From a bacterium (GTDB lineage: Bacteria; Zhuqueibacterota; Zhuqueibacteria; Oceanimicrobiales; Oceanimicrobiaceae): a DNA stretch of 49,265 bases. Below are positions 9,534-19,650 of this stretch, piece by piece (the first letter of the stretch is position 1; each line of letters begins with the position of its first letter). The stretch spans positions 1 through 49,265 of the forward strand of contig JBHHXT010000015.1 of the NCBI GenBank assembly GCA_046757165.1. The letters are read 5' to 3'. Below the pieces are notes generated by a model. It did no database searches. It worked only from the letters and a program-made list of their open reading frames with translations, and was not told the origin of the DNA. Both the position numbers and the translations under genes were made by a program.

Positions 9534-10522
9534 TAAAGACGAACAGCCGCGGCGCCCCAGGTAAAGCCACCGCCGAAAGCGACCATGACAACCAAATCCC
9601 CCTGCTTTACGATACCCTTCTCCTTCGCCTCGTTCAAGGCAACCGGTATGGAGGCTGTCGAGGTGTTGCCATAATCCTGCAAATTGATGTAAACTTTCTC
9701 AGCCGGCAGCTTCATTCTTCTGGCGGTGGCGTCGATAATTCGCTTGTTTGCCTGGTGCGGGATGAGGAGGTCAACCTCGTCGGCACTCACCCCTGATTTT
9801 TCCAGGATGTGCATGGCGGCATCGCCCATGGCCGTGACAGCAGCTTTGAAGACCTCCGGACCCTGCATCTTGATGTTGTTCAGATTCTCCTTGAACGCGA
9901 CGTCGCGCGGATAGCGCGTCCCGCCGCCCGGCATGCAAAGCAGATGGGCCAGACGTCCATCGGTTTTGATATACGTTGCCAGCAGGCCACGGCCATCGTC
10001 GCTGGCCGGCGCGATGACAGCAGCGCCAGCAGCGTCGCCAAACAGCACGCACGTCGAGCGATCGTTCCAATCCACGATCCGCGTCAACAGTTCGCTGCCG
10101 ATGACCAGGATAGTCTCACCCTTGCCCGTACCAATAAACGCGTCTGCAACGCTCAAGCCGAACAGGAATCCGGAGCACGCGGCCTGAATATCAAATGCGG
10201 CTGCGTTTACAGCCCCGATCTTGTCCTGCACATAACAGGCGGTGGAAGGAAACGTCACATCCCCGGTAACAGTGGCCACAATGATAGTATCGATGTCCTG
10301 CGGCAGCACCCCCGCTTCATCGAGAGCCTTCCTTGCCGCCTCGGAGGACAGGTCTGAGTTTTGTGTCTTGTCATCGACGACGTGGCGCACCTTGATGCCA
10401 GTTCTTTCCTGAATCCATTGGTCACTGGTATCGACCAGTTTTTCCAGGTCAGAATTTGTCAACGTTTTTGGGGGAATAGCTACCCCGGTACCGAGCATAA
10501 CCGATCTAATCTTGTTCTGCAT
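9533..10522 (-). CDS. fabH: 3-oxoacyl-ACP synthase III
   Basis: WIQERTGI, AACSGF, PHQAN, YGNTS and FGGGFTWG motifs; ATG 10522 behind GGAGGAGG. Confidence 0.96.
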   Translation of the reverse strand: MQNKIRSVMLGTGVAIPPKTLTNSDLEKLVDTSDQWIQERTGIKVRHVVDDKTQNSDLSSEAARKALDEAGVLPQDIDTIIVATVTGDVTFPSTACYVQDKIGAVNAAAFDIQAACSGFLFGLSVADAFIGTGKGETILVIGSELLTRIVDWNDRSTCVLFGDAAGAAVIAPASDDGRGLLATYIKTDGRLAHLLCMPGGGTRYPRDVAFKENLNNIKMQGPEVFKAAVTAMGDAAMHILEKSGVSADEVDLLIPHQANKRIIDATARRMKLPAEKVYINLQDYGNTSTASIPVALNEAKEKGIVKQGDLVVMVAFGGGFTWGAAAVRL

Positions 10523-11531
10523 TCTTTTCCCTCCTCCTGGCAGTGAGTTTACGGCGAATTCTTCCATTCACATCTTGCTGGATCATCATGCTTGCTTCCG
10601 TTACGGCATTTCTTATCGCTTTCGGCGTGGAGCTGCCATGACAAATAATACACGTCCCGTTTATCCCAAGCAGGGGCGCGCCACCGTATTCTTCATAATC
10701 ATAGATTCTTCGCAATCGCTCAAATGTCGGTTTGAGGAGAAACGCGCCAATATTGGAGAAAACCTTCTTGCCGATCTTTCGCTTGAGTGTCTTGGAATAG
10801 ACGCCGTTGAAACTCTCGGCGAATTTCAAAACGACGTTGCCAACAAAGCCATCACAAACGATGACTTCCACCTCCCCCGCCATGACCCCACGGCCCTCGA
10901 TGTTGCCGATGAAATTCAAGTTGCTCTGCAGCAACAAGTCGTGCCCTTCTTGAATCGCATCGCTGCCCTTCGTTTTCTCCTCGCCGATATTCAGGAGCGC
11001 GACCCGGGGTTGTGCAAGGTTGTAGACGTATTTCATGTAAATACTGCCCATGACGCCAAACTGTAACAGGTCGGCTGGCCTGCAGTCCAAATTAGCCCCC
11101 ACATCTATCAAAAAGGTCACGCCCTGCCCATGTGGAACCAAGGAACCGATGGCCGGACGCCTCACCCCGGGAATTCTACCCAGGCTCAGCAAGGCAGAGG
11201 CCATGGCCGCTCCCGTATGGCCGGCGCTAACGACGGCATCGACCTCACCCCTTTTTTGAGCCTCCATAGCCACGACAATCGAAGCATCACGCTTCTGCTT
11301 GAGGGCGGCCATGGGGGACTCCCCCATCTCAATCTTTTGAGATGCGTTGATAATATTTATCGGGAGTTCGTGAATTCTAAAATGGCGGGAAAGATACGCT
11401 TCGATGACCGCCTCATCCCCCACAAACACAACCTCGTAGGCTCCTTTCCCAGCTCTGGCTGCCTCGACCCCGCCGTGGATGATCGCCTCGGGGGCATAAT
11501 CTCCGCCCATCGCATCGATAGCAATCCTCAT
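10506..11531 (-). CDS. plsX: Phosphate acyltransferase
   Basis: MRIAIDAMGGD, DVGAN, NIGEEKTKG, CDGFVGNV and HGSS motifs. Confidence 0.96.
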   Translation of the reverse strand: MRIAIDAMGGDYAPEAIIHGGVEAARAGKGAYEVVFVGDEAVIEAYLSRHFRIHELPINIINASQKIEMGESPMAALKQKRDASIVVAMEAQKRGEVDAVVSAGHTGAAMASALLSLGRIPGVRRPAIGSLVPHGQGVTFLIDVGANLDCRPADLLQFGVMGSIYMKYVYNLAQPRVALLNIGEEKTKGSDAIQEGHDLLLQSNLNFIGNIEGRGVMAGEVEVIVCDGFVGNVVLKFAESFNGVYSKTLKRKIGKKVFSNIGAFLLKPTFERLRRIYDYEEYGGAPLLGINGTCIICHGSSTPKAIRNAVTEASMMIQQDVNGRIRRKLTARRREKNAEQD

Positions 11532-11595
11532 GGGATCATTCCACTCCTTGACGCTCCCGCACTACCGAGCCTCTGCGCGAACGTGCTCAAGCGTA

Positions 11596-11778
11596 TCAGG
11601 CTTCCTTCGGAATAAAAATCGATCGACCATTGTAGTACCCGCAATTCGGGCAGGCTCGATGAGGCAGCATGGGCTGATGGCAATGAGAACATTCGACAAC
11701 GTTTGGAGCGCTAAGCTTCCAATGTGTACGTCTCTTTCTTCCTCGTGACTTCGATTGTCGTCTCTTAGGTAAAGCCAA
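11596..11778 (-). CDS. rpmF: 50S ribosomal protein L32
   Basis: ALPKRRQSKSR and CxxC...CxxC; AGGAG RBS with TTG start. Confidence 0.96.
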   Translation of the reverse strand: MALPKRRQSKSRGRKRRTHWKLSAPNVVECSHCHQPMLPHRACPNCGYYNGRSIFIPKEA

Positions 11779-11805
11779 AGTTCTGTCTCCTAGATTTGAA
11801 TCAGG

Positions 11806-12318
11806 TTACTCGCCGCCGGCGCGCTCGCTCAACAAGTGCTTCAATCCATGCCATCGGGGATCGACGGCCTCCTTCTGGCACCGGCAGGTCTTTTTGTTCA
11901 AATTTGTCCCGCACTGGTCACAGAGACCATTGCATTCATCTGAACACTTGAAGCGCATCGGCAACGCAAGCAGGATGGATTCACGCAACCCCTCGGTCAA
12001 GTCGATATTCTGTGTACCCTTGTTGAGGAAGCGAACCATCTCATCCTCGGCGTACCCTTCCTTTTCTGTCGTGTAGAGCAACGTATAGCTGTCCTCGAAC
12101 TCGTCGGTAAACTCATCAAGACAACTGTCGCAAATCAGGTCGATCTTGACCATGATATCCGACGTGATCACAAGGTTGTGCTCGCTCTTATCCACCTTGC
12201 TCTTGACGGCAATGGCCTTCACCTGAAAGTTGCCGGCGTCAAATGCGAGGTCTTCCACATCAGCATCAAACTCAAAAGACGTGACGCCATTTCTTAGACT
12301 TTGAAGGTTGACTTTCAT
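11806..12318 (-). CDS. yceD: YceD/DUF177 family protein
   Basis: CDSCL, CSDECNGLCDQCG and DPRW motifs; immediately upstream of rpmF. Confidence 0.9.
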   Translation of the reverse strand: MKVNLQSLRNGVTSFEFDADVEDLAFDAGNFQVKAIAVKSKVDKSEHNLVITSDIMVKIDLICDSCLDEFTDEFEDSYTLLYTTEKEGYAEDEMVRFLNKGTQNIDLTEGLRESILLALPMRFKCSDECNGLCDQCGTNLNKKTCRCQKEAVDPRWHGLKHLLSERAGGE

Positions 12319-12404
12319 TGGCGAGACAACCCTTATAAAGAAGAAAGCTGAATTTAATTAATAATTTGTCAAGAGTCAAGCATAAATTCCCGGAGCACGC
12401 GATC

Positions 12405-12827
12405 TTACAAATTTTCAATCAGCTCTCGCTCAGAGAAGAAAAACGCAACTTCCGTCCTGGCATTTTCTGGCGAGTCGGAACCATGCACGATGTTGTTCTG
12501 CTTGCTTTCAGCAAAGTCTTTCCGGATGGTGCCGTCCTCTGCCTGCGCGGGATCGGTGGCGCCAATGAGCTTTCTAAAATCTGCGACGGCGTTCTCTTTT
12601 TCCAGAACCATGGGGACCGTCCTTGCCGAGCTCATAAACGCCACCAAATCACCAAAAAAAGGCTGCTGTCGGTGAACCGAGTAAAAAACCGCCGCGGTTT
12701 CTTTCGTCAGGCGAACGCTTTTCATCGCCACGACTTTGAAGCCGGCGTTCTCAATTCTATCGATAACTTTGCCGGTCAACATTCTGCTGGTGCAATCCGG
12801 TTTGAGAATGGCCAACGTACGCTCCAC
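12405..12827 (-). CDS. ndk: Nucleoside diphosphate kinase
   Basis: [14 protein letters not shown] and NIVHGSDS (catalytic His). Confidence 0.97.
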   Translation of the reverse strand: MERTLAILKPDCTSRMLTGKVIDRIENAGFKVVAMKSVRLTKETAAVFYSVHRQQPFFGDLVAFMSSARTVPMVLEKENAVADFRKLIGATDPAQAEDGTIRKDFAESKQNNIVHGSDSPENARTEVAFFFSERELIENL

Positions 12828-12918
12828 TTAGTTTCTCCTTTCAGGTTTGTATTCAATCCGCCAAGGTCAACAGTATGAGTGGCTTTCATCACTCAGAACG
12901 ATGCATTCAATCATTTCT

Positions 12919-13791
12919 CTAAGCCCGGACCTTTTGCATCGTGCTTCCAATTTCAGCCGGACTTTCCGCCACGTGGACGCCAGCCTCTCGCAACGTGGTG
13001 ATCTTCTCCTCCGCGGTCCCTTCGCTGCCAGAAATAATTGCGCCTGCGTGTCCCATACGCCGGCCGGGCGGCGCAGTTCTCCCGGCGATAAAGGCCACGA
13101 CCGGTTTGCCAAAATTCTCTTTGATGTAAGCAGCCGCTTCCTGTTCTGCCGTGCCTCCGATCTCACCGATCAAAACAACGGCTTCTGTGCCTTGATCATC
13201 CTTGAACAATTTCAAGGCGTCCGTAAACGTGGTGCCAATGACCGGATCGCCGCCGATGCCGATGCAGGTGGACTGTCCGATCTCCAGGTCGCTGAGCTGC
13301 TTTACGGCCTCGTAGGTCAGCGTGCCACTTCTCGAGATCACACCAACGTTTCCGGGCTTGTGGATAAAGCCCGGCATGATGCCGATTTTGCACTTGCCGG
13401 GCGAAATCACCCCCGGGCAATTGGGGCCGACCAGCCGGGTGGCGCGCGACGACAGGTACTTGTGCACGTTAATCATGTCCAGAGCCGGAATCCCTTCGGT
13501 GATGCAGACGACCAATTGCACGCCAGCATCCGCAGCCTCCATGATCGCATCCGCGGCAAAGGGCGGCGGCACAAAAATTATCGAGGCATTCGCACGCTCC
13601 CTGGCGACAGCCTCGGCAACCGTATTGTATACGGGCACATCATCTTCAAATCTTTGTCCTCCCTTGCCCGGCGTGACCCCGGCAACGACCTTCGTGCCAT
13701 ATTCAATCATCTGCTTCGAATGGAAGCTTCCTTCCCCGCCGGTGATGCCCTGCACAACCAGCCGCGTATGTTCATCCGCTAAAATGCTCAA
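12919..13791 (-). CDS. sucD: Succinyl-CoA ligase alpha subunit
   Basis: [20 protein letters not shown] and MGHAGA motifs; TTG start behind GAGGAG. Confidence 0.97.
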   Translation of the reverse strand: MSILADEHTRLVVQGITGGEGSFHSKQMIEYGTKVVAGVTPGKGGQRFEDDVPVYNTVAEAVARERANASIIFVPPPFAADAIMEAADAGVQLVVCITEGIPALDMINVHKYLSSRATRLVGPNCPGVISPGKCKIGIMPGFIHKPGNVGVISRSGTLTYEAVKQLSDLEIGQSTCIGIGGDPVIGTTFTDALKLFKDDQGTEAVVLIGEIGGTAEQEAAAYIKENFGKPVVAFIAGRTAPPGRRMGHAGAIISGSEGTAEEKITTLREAGVHVAESPAEIGSTMQKVRA

Positions 13792-13845
13792 TTTGGCTGT
13801 CTCCTCGCTTTTGGTTCAATCACACAAGCTAAGTTCCTTAAATAG

Positions 13846-15006
13846 CTAAGCGCTCGCTGCTGAGGCAACCTTCTGAGCTGCCTCGTTGAACGTCCTGCCG
13901 ACCTCAAAAGAAATGTCGGATTGCTCCAGAAGCCGTGCGGCTTCTTCAGCGTTTGTCCCTTCAAGCCGCACAACCACAGGCACTTTGATGTCGATCTTCG
14001 TTGCCGCCTCGATGATACCACGGGCCACCCGGTCACAACGCACAATGCCACCGAATATGTTTACCAGAACAGCTTTCACATTCGTATCTGATAGAATGAG
14101 ATGAAATCCATTCTCCACTGTCTCCGCGCTCGCGCCGCCGCCGACATCGAGAAAATTGGCCGGCTCGGAACCTGCCAGGTTGATCAAATCCATGGTGGCC
14201 ATGGCCAGACCGGCTCCGTTAACCATGCAGCCAACTTTTCCATCCAGTTTGATGTAGTTCAGATCATATTTGGAGGCTTCGACTTCCAGCGGCTCTTCTT
14301 CATGAAGGTCGCGCAGCTCCACAAAATCCGCGTGGCGGTACATGGCGTTGTCATCAAAATTGATTTTGGCGTCGAGAGCCAGAACCCTGCCCTCTTTGGT
14401 AACAACAAGTGGATTGATTTCGGCCAGCGAGCAATCGGATTCGACGTAGGCTTTGTACAAGGCAGAAAAAAACCTCAGCGCATTCTTGACCTGCGCACCG
14501 ACCAGCCCAAGCCCAAACGCCAGCTTGCGTGCCTGAAACGGCTGCAGCCCGACCGCCGGGTCGATGTACTCCTTCAAGATTCTTTCCGGTGTCTCAGCCG
14601 CCACTTTCTCGATTTCAACGCCCCCCTCGGTGCTGGCCATAAACACTAAGCGGCTCTTTGCCCGGTCCAGAACAATGCCGAGGTAGAGCTCGCGCGCGAT
14701 AGCAAGTCCTTCTTCGATCAGGACTTTTCGCACCTTCTTACCCTGCGGGCCTGTCTGGTGCGTCACCAGATTCATCCCGATCATCTCACGCGCAATTCTC
14801 TCGGCCTCTTCTGCGGTTTGTGCGAGTTTTACTCCCCCGCCTTTTCCGCGGCCGCCTGCGTGAATCTGCGCCTTGACCACAACCATGTCTGTAAGCTCGG
14901 TAGCGACCTTCTTCGCCTCTGCCGCCGACTCAACGAGACTGCCGCGTGGCACATCAACTCCAAATCTCTTCAACAGTTCCTTTGCCTGATATTCATGAAT
15001 CTTCAA
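13846..15006 (-). CDS. sucC: Succinyl-CoA ligase beta subunit
   Basis: [26 protein letters not shown] and NFLDVGGG motifs; TTG 15006 behind GGAGGA. Confidence 0.97.
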   Translation of the reverse strand: MKIHEYQAKELLKRFGVDVPRGSLVESAAEAKKVATELTDMVVVKAQIHAGGRGKGGGVKLAQTAEEAERIAREMIGMNLVTHQTGPQGKKVRKVLIEEGLAIARELYLGIVLDRAKSRLVFMASTEGGVEIEKVAAETPERILKEYIDPAVGLQPFQARKLAFGLGLVGAQVKNALRFFSALYKAYVESDCSLAEINPLVVTKEGRVLALDAKINFDDNAMYRHADFVELRDLHEEEPLEVEASKYDLNYIKLDGKVGCMVNGAGLAMATMDLINLAGSEPANFLDVGGGASAETVENGFHLILSDTNVKAVLVNIFGGIVRCDRVARGIIEAATKIDIKVPVVVRLEGTNAEEAARLLEQSDISFEVGRTFNEAAQKVASAASA

Positions 15007-15070
15007 TGCACGTCCTCCAGGTATGAGTGTCCAGGAAATCGTATTCGGTTGACGAGCGACCTGAACAAGG

Positions 15071-16021
15071 TCAATTCTCCCTGATCCGGGTGCCTGTTCT
15101 ACCCGCGATCGCGTCCTGCATTTTCTCAATCGAGGAAATTGTCACAGCTTTCCCGCCCGCTTCGATAAAATCGATGGCTGCCTGGATTTTCGGCCCCATG
15201 CTGCCTGCGGGAAACTGCCCCTCTGCCAGGTACCGTTTGGCCTGCAAAAGCGTCAGCTGGTCGAGAGGAATTTCATCATCTTTCTTGAAATTCAAAACGA
15301 CCTGGTCAACACTGGTTAAAATGAACAGCTCCTCAGCCTCGATTTCGCAAGCCAGGATGGCAGAGGCCAGGTCTTTATCGATGACAGCGTCCGCGCCTTC
15401 CCACCTGCCGTCAGTTTCACGGTAGACCGGAATTCCCCCTCCGCCGGCACAAACGGTAATGGTTCCGTTGTCGATCAATCGCTTGATGGTCTTCTTTTCG
15501 ACGATCTGCAACGGGACGGGCGACGGCACCACCCTTCGATACCCTCGACCAAGGTCTTTTTTCACGGCCCAACCGCGTTCTCGGACGACCTTGTCGACCT
15601 CCTGCTCGCAAATTATCGGCCCAACGAATTTGGTCGGCTCCAGAACCGACGGATCGTCACGGTCAACGACCACCTGGGTCAACACTGTGGCGACATCGCG
15701 ATCGATGCCTGCTAAGTACAGCTTGTTCTGGAGCGATTGCTGAATCATGTACCCCATCCCTCCTTGCAAATCTGCCACGATGATTCCGAGTGGTAGGGGT
15801 GGAACAAAATGGCGGGTTTCCTCGACGCGAATAAGCGCGTTTCCAACTTGCGGACCGTTGCCGTGGGTGATTGCCAGGCGGTATCCCCGCTTGACCAGCT
15901 CAACAACACCATCCAGGCTGCGTCGCGTATTGGCGAATTGCTGCGTGATATTTCCTTCCTCGAACTCACGGGTTATGGCATTTCCCCCCAGCGCAACGAC
16001 AGCGATCGGTCCATCCTTCAT
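15071..16021 (-). CDS. arcC: Carbamate kinase
   Basis: [37 protein letters not shown] and GSMGPK motifs. Confidence 0.95.
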   Translation of the reverse strand: MKDGPIAVVALGGNAITREFEEGNITQQFANTRRSLDGVVELVKRGYRLAITHGNGPQVGNALIRVEETRHFVPPLPLGIIVADLQGGMGYMIQQSLQNKLYLAGIDRDVATVLTQVVVDRDDPSVLEPTKFVGPIICEQEVDKVVRERGWAVKKDLGRGYRRVVPSPVPLQIVEKKTIKRLIDNGTITVCAGGGGIPVYRETDGRWEGADAVIDKDLASAILACEIEAEELFILTSVDQVVLNFKKDDEIPLDQLTLLQAKRYLAEGQFPAGSMGPKIQAAIDFIEAGGKAVTISSIEKMQDAIAGRTGTRIREN

Positions 16022-16048
16022 CTGTGGTCTCTATCCGTGGGAAACGGA

Positions 16049-17362
16049 CTACTGAAGTTTCCGCAAGACATCTTGTAAGTCGGGCTTGCCAATCTCCTGC
16101 AGCTCATACGTCACACGAACAGCGGGCTTGTTGATCTGAATCAGTTTTCTCAGGTCGATGGGCGTCCCGATGACCACCGCATCGCAATCCACGCTGTTGA
16201 TGGTGGCTTCAAGATCCTTCATCTGCTGTTTGCCATACCCCATCGCCGGCAGCAATGCCCCGATTTCTGGATAGATTTCGAATGTCTCCCGCAACGATCC
16301 TTTCAAAAAGGGCCGCGGATCCACGACTTCGGCAGCGCCGCATCTACGGGCCGCAACCACCGCGGCACCCAGTGTCATCTCACCATGAGTCAGCGTAGGC
16401 CCATCCTCGACAGCTAGCACACGCTTGCCGGAAAGAACGCTGGCATCTTCCACAAAAATCGGCGAAGCTGCATCGATAATCAAGACGCCCGGATTGGCCC
16501 TCTGAATATTATCCCGCACCGTCTGCACATCTTCCGGCGAAGCGGAGGTCTGCTTGTTGATGACCACCACATCAGCCATTCTCACGTTCGTTTCCCCCGG
16601 ATAATAGCTCACCTCGTGACCAGGTCTGAGTGGATCAGCGACGACGATATGAATATCTGGCTTGAAAAACGGCGTGTCATTGTTGCCCCCATCCCACACG
16701 ACAACATCTGCTTCTTGCTCCGCATTCCTCAAGATAGTCTCGTAGTCGATGCCGGCATAAACAATAGACCCCATCGCCAAATGGGGTTCATATTCTTCAC
16801 GCTCTTCGATTGTACAATTGTGCCTGCCCAGGTCCTCATACGTTTCAAATCGCTGACACCTCTGGGCCACCAAATCGCCGTACGGCATGGGATGGCGGAC
16901 GACCACGAGCTTTTTTCCCATGTCTCGCAAGACACGTGTCACCCTGCGGGTGGTCTGACTCTTACCGCAGCCAGTTCGAACTGCGCAAATTGCAACCACC
17001 GGCTTGGTACTCCTCAACATCGTGGCATGCGGATTCAGTACCACAAATGAAGCACCGGCAGCGTTGATCATCGCCGCTTTGTTCATGATGTATTGATATG
17101 AGACATCGCTGTACGAAAAAATGACTTCAGTAACCTCGTACTTTTCGATGAGAGACACCAGTTCACTCTCCTGGTGCACCGGTATGCCGTGTGGATAAGC
17201 TTCTCCTGCAAGTTCGGCGGGATAAACCCGGCCGTCTATGTCTGGAATCTGGCTGGCCGTAAAGGCGACCACCTGAACGCTTTCATTGCCCTTATACACC
17301 GTATTGAAATTGTGAAAATCGCGGCCGGCCGCACCCATAATGATGATTTTTCTTCGCTGCAT
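16049..17362 (-). CDS. Arginine synthetase ArcE-like protein (cyclic 2,3-diphosphoglycerate synthetase-like / 'predicted GTPase' family)
   Basis: GAAGRDFHNFN, RTGCGKSQ P-loop, RHPMPYG, EEREEYE, WDGGNND and EDGPTLTHG motifs; 27 nt upstream of arcC. Confidence 0.75.
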   Translation of the reverse strand: MQRRKIIIMGAAGRDFHNFNTVYKGNESVQVVAFTASQIPDIDGRVYPAELAGEAYPHGIPVHQESELVSLIEKYEVTEVIFSYSDVSYQYIMNKAAMINAAGASFVVLNPHATMLRSTKPVVAICAVRTGCGKSQTTRRVTRVLRDMGKKLVVVRHPMPYGDLVAQRCQRFETYEDLGRHNCTIEEREEYEPHLAMGSIVYAGIDYETILRNAEQEADVVVWDGGNNDTPFFKPDIHIVVADPLRPGHEVSYYPGETNVRMADVVVINKQTSASPEDVQTVRDNIQRANPGVLIIDAASPIFVEDASVLSGKRVLAVEDGPTLTHGEMTLGAAVVAARRCGAAEVVDPRPFLKGSLRETFEIYPEIGALLPAMGYGKQQMKDLEATINSVDCDAVVIGTPIDLRKLIQINKPAVRVTYELQEIGKPDLQDVLRKLQ

Positions 17363-17410
17363 CGCATCTTCGCCTTAGGTTTTGGATTTGCTGATCAAAA
17401 ACAGAGGGGG

Positions 17411-17439
17411 AATATAGCACAATTTGCATCAATTTGCAA
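17411..17439 (-). promoter_or_regulatory. sigma70-type promoter for the ArcE-like/arcC/sucCD/ndk genes
   Basis: TTGCAA-N17-TATATT with an extended TG, about 50 nt before the ATG. Confidence 0.6.
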
Positions 17440-17836
17440 GATTTTTTCAGGAATGCCACCGTCTCGGATCAGCATTTCAGATGTCTCCAGAGGTGCGCTT
17501 TCGACGCCAGTGTATGTAAAAATTACTCGCACATTAAGAATCGCGTCTATTCGCAACAAATCAACTCGATTCCTTAAAACCTGTTGAAAAACTGTTTTAT
17601 TTTGTAACAAGGTGTACTGTTTTCGATCAATTGAATGATTTCAAACCGTATAAAATATCAACAACTCAGAAATGAACACGGGTGATTTTTAGCCAAAGAA
17701 GTTTTCTTTCACACCTGGTCTCATCTCCTGGGCATTATTAACTATTTGAAACAACAAGAGATAGCTACGATATCGACTCGGGCTGAGGTCTCCGATACGC
17801 AGCCCGGGTTCCTAAGTCAACAAAAAAGTCAAATAT

Positions 17837-17852
17837 TGGCACAAATGTTGCA
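17837..17852 (+). promoter_or_regulatory. sigma54 (-24/-12) promoter
   Basis: TGGCACAAATGTTGCA matches TGGCAC-N5-TTGCA with exact GG-N10-GC spacing. Confidence 0.65.
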
Positions 17853-18082
17853 AAATGAAGCAGAGAAGGCTCAATCAAGTGTTTCAAAATGACATCATGA
17901 TGTAACCGCTGTGCCTGCACCGGGGTCACAGTCAAAGGTGGACGGGTTAGAGACGCAAGGGTAGGCGCCCAACCATGAATCCCGATGTGAGGTCAGAACA
18001 TTTCCGGAAAGTTGGCTTGATTCATTCCCCTTTTTTGAGTGTACAAGATGTAACACAACTAACAATCTTTGGAGGATCAACC

Positions 18083-18778
18083 ATGGAAAAGGTGGAAAAA
18101 AACAATGTCATTCTCTTTGATAGATCACTGTTGAACGGGGGCCGAGCCCTTGACGAGATCTTAGAGAAAGAAGGGTACACGCCCACCCACTACGACAGTC
18201 TGAGAAATGCATTGGAAATCACCATGACCGAAAAGCCCATTGTGGTGGTGATCGACATGGATGAATTTGGGGAAAAAGCATGGTCAGCATGTCTGGAACT
18301 GAAAGATGATATTGGTACCAGAAAAACAGGTATTATTTTGCTGTCATCCAACAACGATGATATGTTGAAAATTAAAGGTTTTGAGATGGGTGCCGATGAC
18401 TTTGTAACAAAGCCCTACAACAAAAGGGAATTGGCTGCAAGGATCAAAGCCATCAGCCGTAGACTTTCGGCCACGGAAGGCAAGAAGATTAAAGTCAAGG
18501 ATATTGAGATCAACCTGGACGAGCACAGAGTAAGTAAGGCAGGGAAGCCTATTGACTTAACTTACATTCAGTTTAAGCTCCTTTATTTGCTGGCCTCGCG
18601 CCGCATGAATGTTTTCTCAAGAAAGGAAATTCTCGAGAAGGTCTGGGGCAAAAAAGTCTACGTCACCAATCGAACAGTGGACGTTCATATCAAGAGGCTG
18701 CGTGAGAAGTTGGGAGAATACAAGTACCCATCTCAATATATTGAAACCATACATGGTACAGGATACCGTTTCCTCTGA
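18083..18778 (+). CDS. Orphan OmpR/PhoB-family response regulator
   Basis: Receiver domain (VVVID, GADDFVTKP) plus winged helix (RTVDVHIKRLREKL, IETIHGTGYRF); ATG 18083 behind GGAGG. Confidence 0.9.
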   Translation: MEKVEKNNVILFDRSLLNGGRALDEILEKEGYTPTHYDSLRNALEITMTEKPIVVVIDMDEFGEKAWSACLELKDDIGTRKTGIILLSSNNDDMLKIKGFEMGADDFVTKPYNKRELAARIKAISRRLSATEGKKIKVKDIEINLDEHRVSKAGKPIDLTYIQFKLLYLLASRRMNVFSRKEILEKVWGKKVYVTNRTVDVHIKRLREKLGEYKYPSQYIETIHGTGYRFL

Positions 18779-18802
18779 TACCTCATTTTTTCCTCCCTCC
18801 GG

Positions 18803-18834
18803 GCCCCTGGCTGTGATGGCTGGGGGCTTTTTTT
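18803..18834 (+). terminator. Intrinsic terminator
   Basis: GCCCCTGGCT/GGCTGGGGGC stem with G-U pairs, followed by T7. Confidence 0.75.
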
Positions 18835-18852
18835 ATCTTAGCCCTACTTGCG

Positions 18853-19590
18853 CTATGACACGGAGGCCTGACTTCCGTTGCCGCTAATCAGCCACCTGAA
18901 CCCTTGATAATACTTGTCCTCCCAAAAACCTAGATGATAGGGAGGGCTTTTCTTGAGTCGTAGCTTGATCACAAACTCTTTCGCATGGGCCAAGATGGTC
19001 GCCCCGCTCGCCTGCGTCTTCTTAAAATAAACCCTGACAGGGACACGAACGGCAAGACGCTTCGCGCTTTCGAAGTCAGTTGGCTTGTCGTGAAATCTTT
19101 CGATGACATTGAAAATCTGCCGTTGCGGAGTATAGGTGTACCCTGAACCATTCTCCAAAGTTATGACCAGGTTGCGTTTCAAAAAGTCAAGCTGTTCGCT
19201 CTGGGACCAGCCAGCATAAAATGGCAAGCGTAAGTCTAGCGAAAAAATCAGGAAATGCTCATGCAAGGTCCGCAGCCGGGTCAATCTCGCCTGGTATTCA
19301 TCTATGCTAAACGCCTCTTCTTTGGCGGTAAGCTCCAGATCATAGGCATCGACGGTGGGCGTGATGAGGTAAGCAGTGCTATTCTCTTTGAATATCAGAT
19401 CGCCAAACTGTTTCCCGCGCAACGCCGTGACCAACTCGGCAAAGTCCTGGTTCCCCTCTGCCCGGGTTTCGCGCAGGCCCGAAGGATTATCAACGCTAAA
19501 CTCCGAAATGTGGATCTTTGGTGGGCTCGCGCAGGCGGCTTGAAGGACCAGGGTCAGACACCCAATCGCGATTTTGTTCACTTTACTCAC
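18853..19590 (-). CDS. Hypothetical lipoprotein
   Basis: Basic N-terminus, hydrophobic stretch and lipobox-like LQAAC; GGAG RBS. Confidence 0.65.
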   Translation of the reverse strand: MSKVNKIAIGCLTLVLQAACASPPKIHISEFSVDNPSGLRETRAEGNQDFAELVTALRGKQFGDLIFKENSTAYLITPTVDAYDLELTAKEEAFSIDEYQARLTRLRTLHEHFLIFSLDLRLPFYAGWSQSEQLDFLKRNLVITLENGSGYTYTPQRQIFNVIERFHDKPTDFESAKRLAVRVPVRVYFKKTQASGATILAHAKEFVIKLRLKKSPPYHLGFWEDKYYQGFRWLISGNGSQASVS

Positions 19591-19650
19591 TCCGATTTGA
19601 AGAATGTATAGACGCCGGCAGGCATGAATTTTCGGTTAGCCACCCGGCGG

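Noticed and set aside
17925..18010. c-di-GMP-I riboswitch in the regulator leader
   Set aside because: GACGCAA is present, but I could not build the GNRA-capped first stem or a paired second stem.
18040..18066. Pho-box-like repeats before the regulator
   Set aside because: The TGTTA-like units are spaced 9-10 nt rather than 11 and match weakly.
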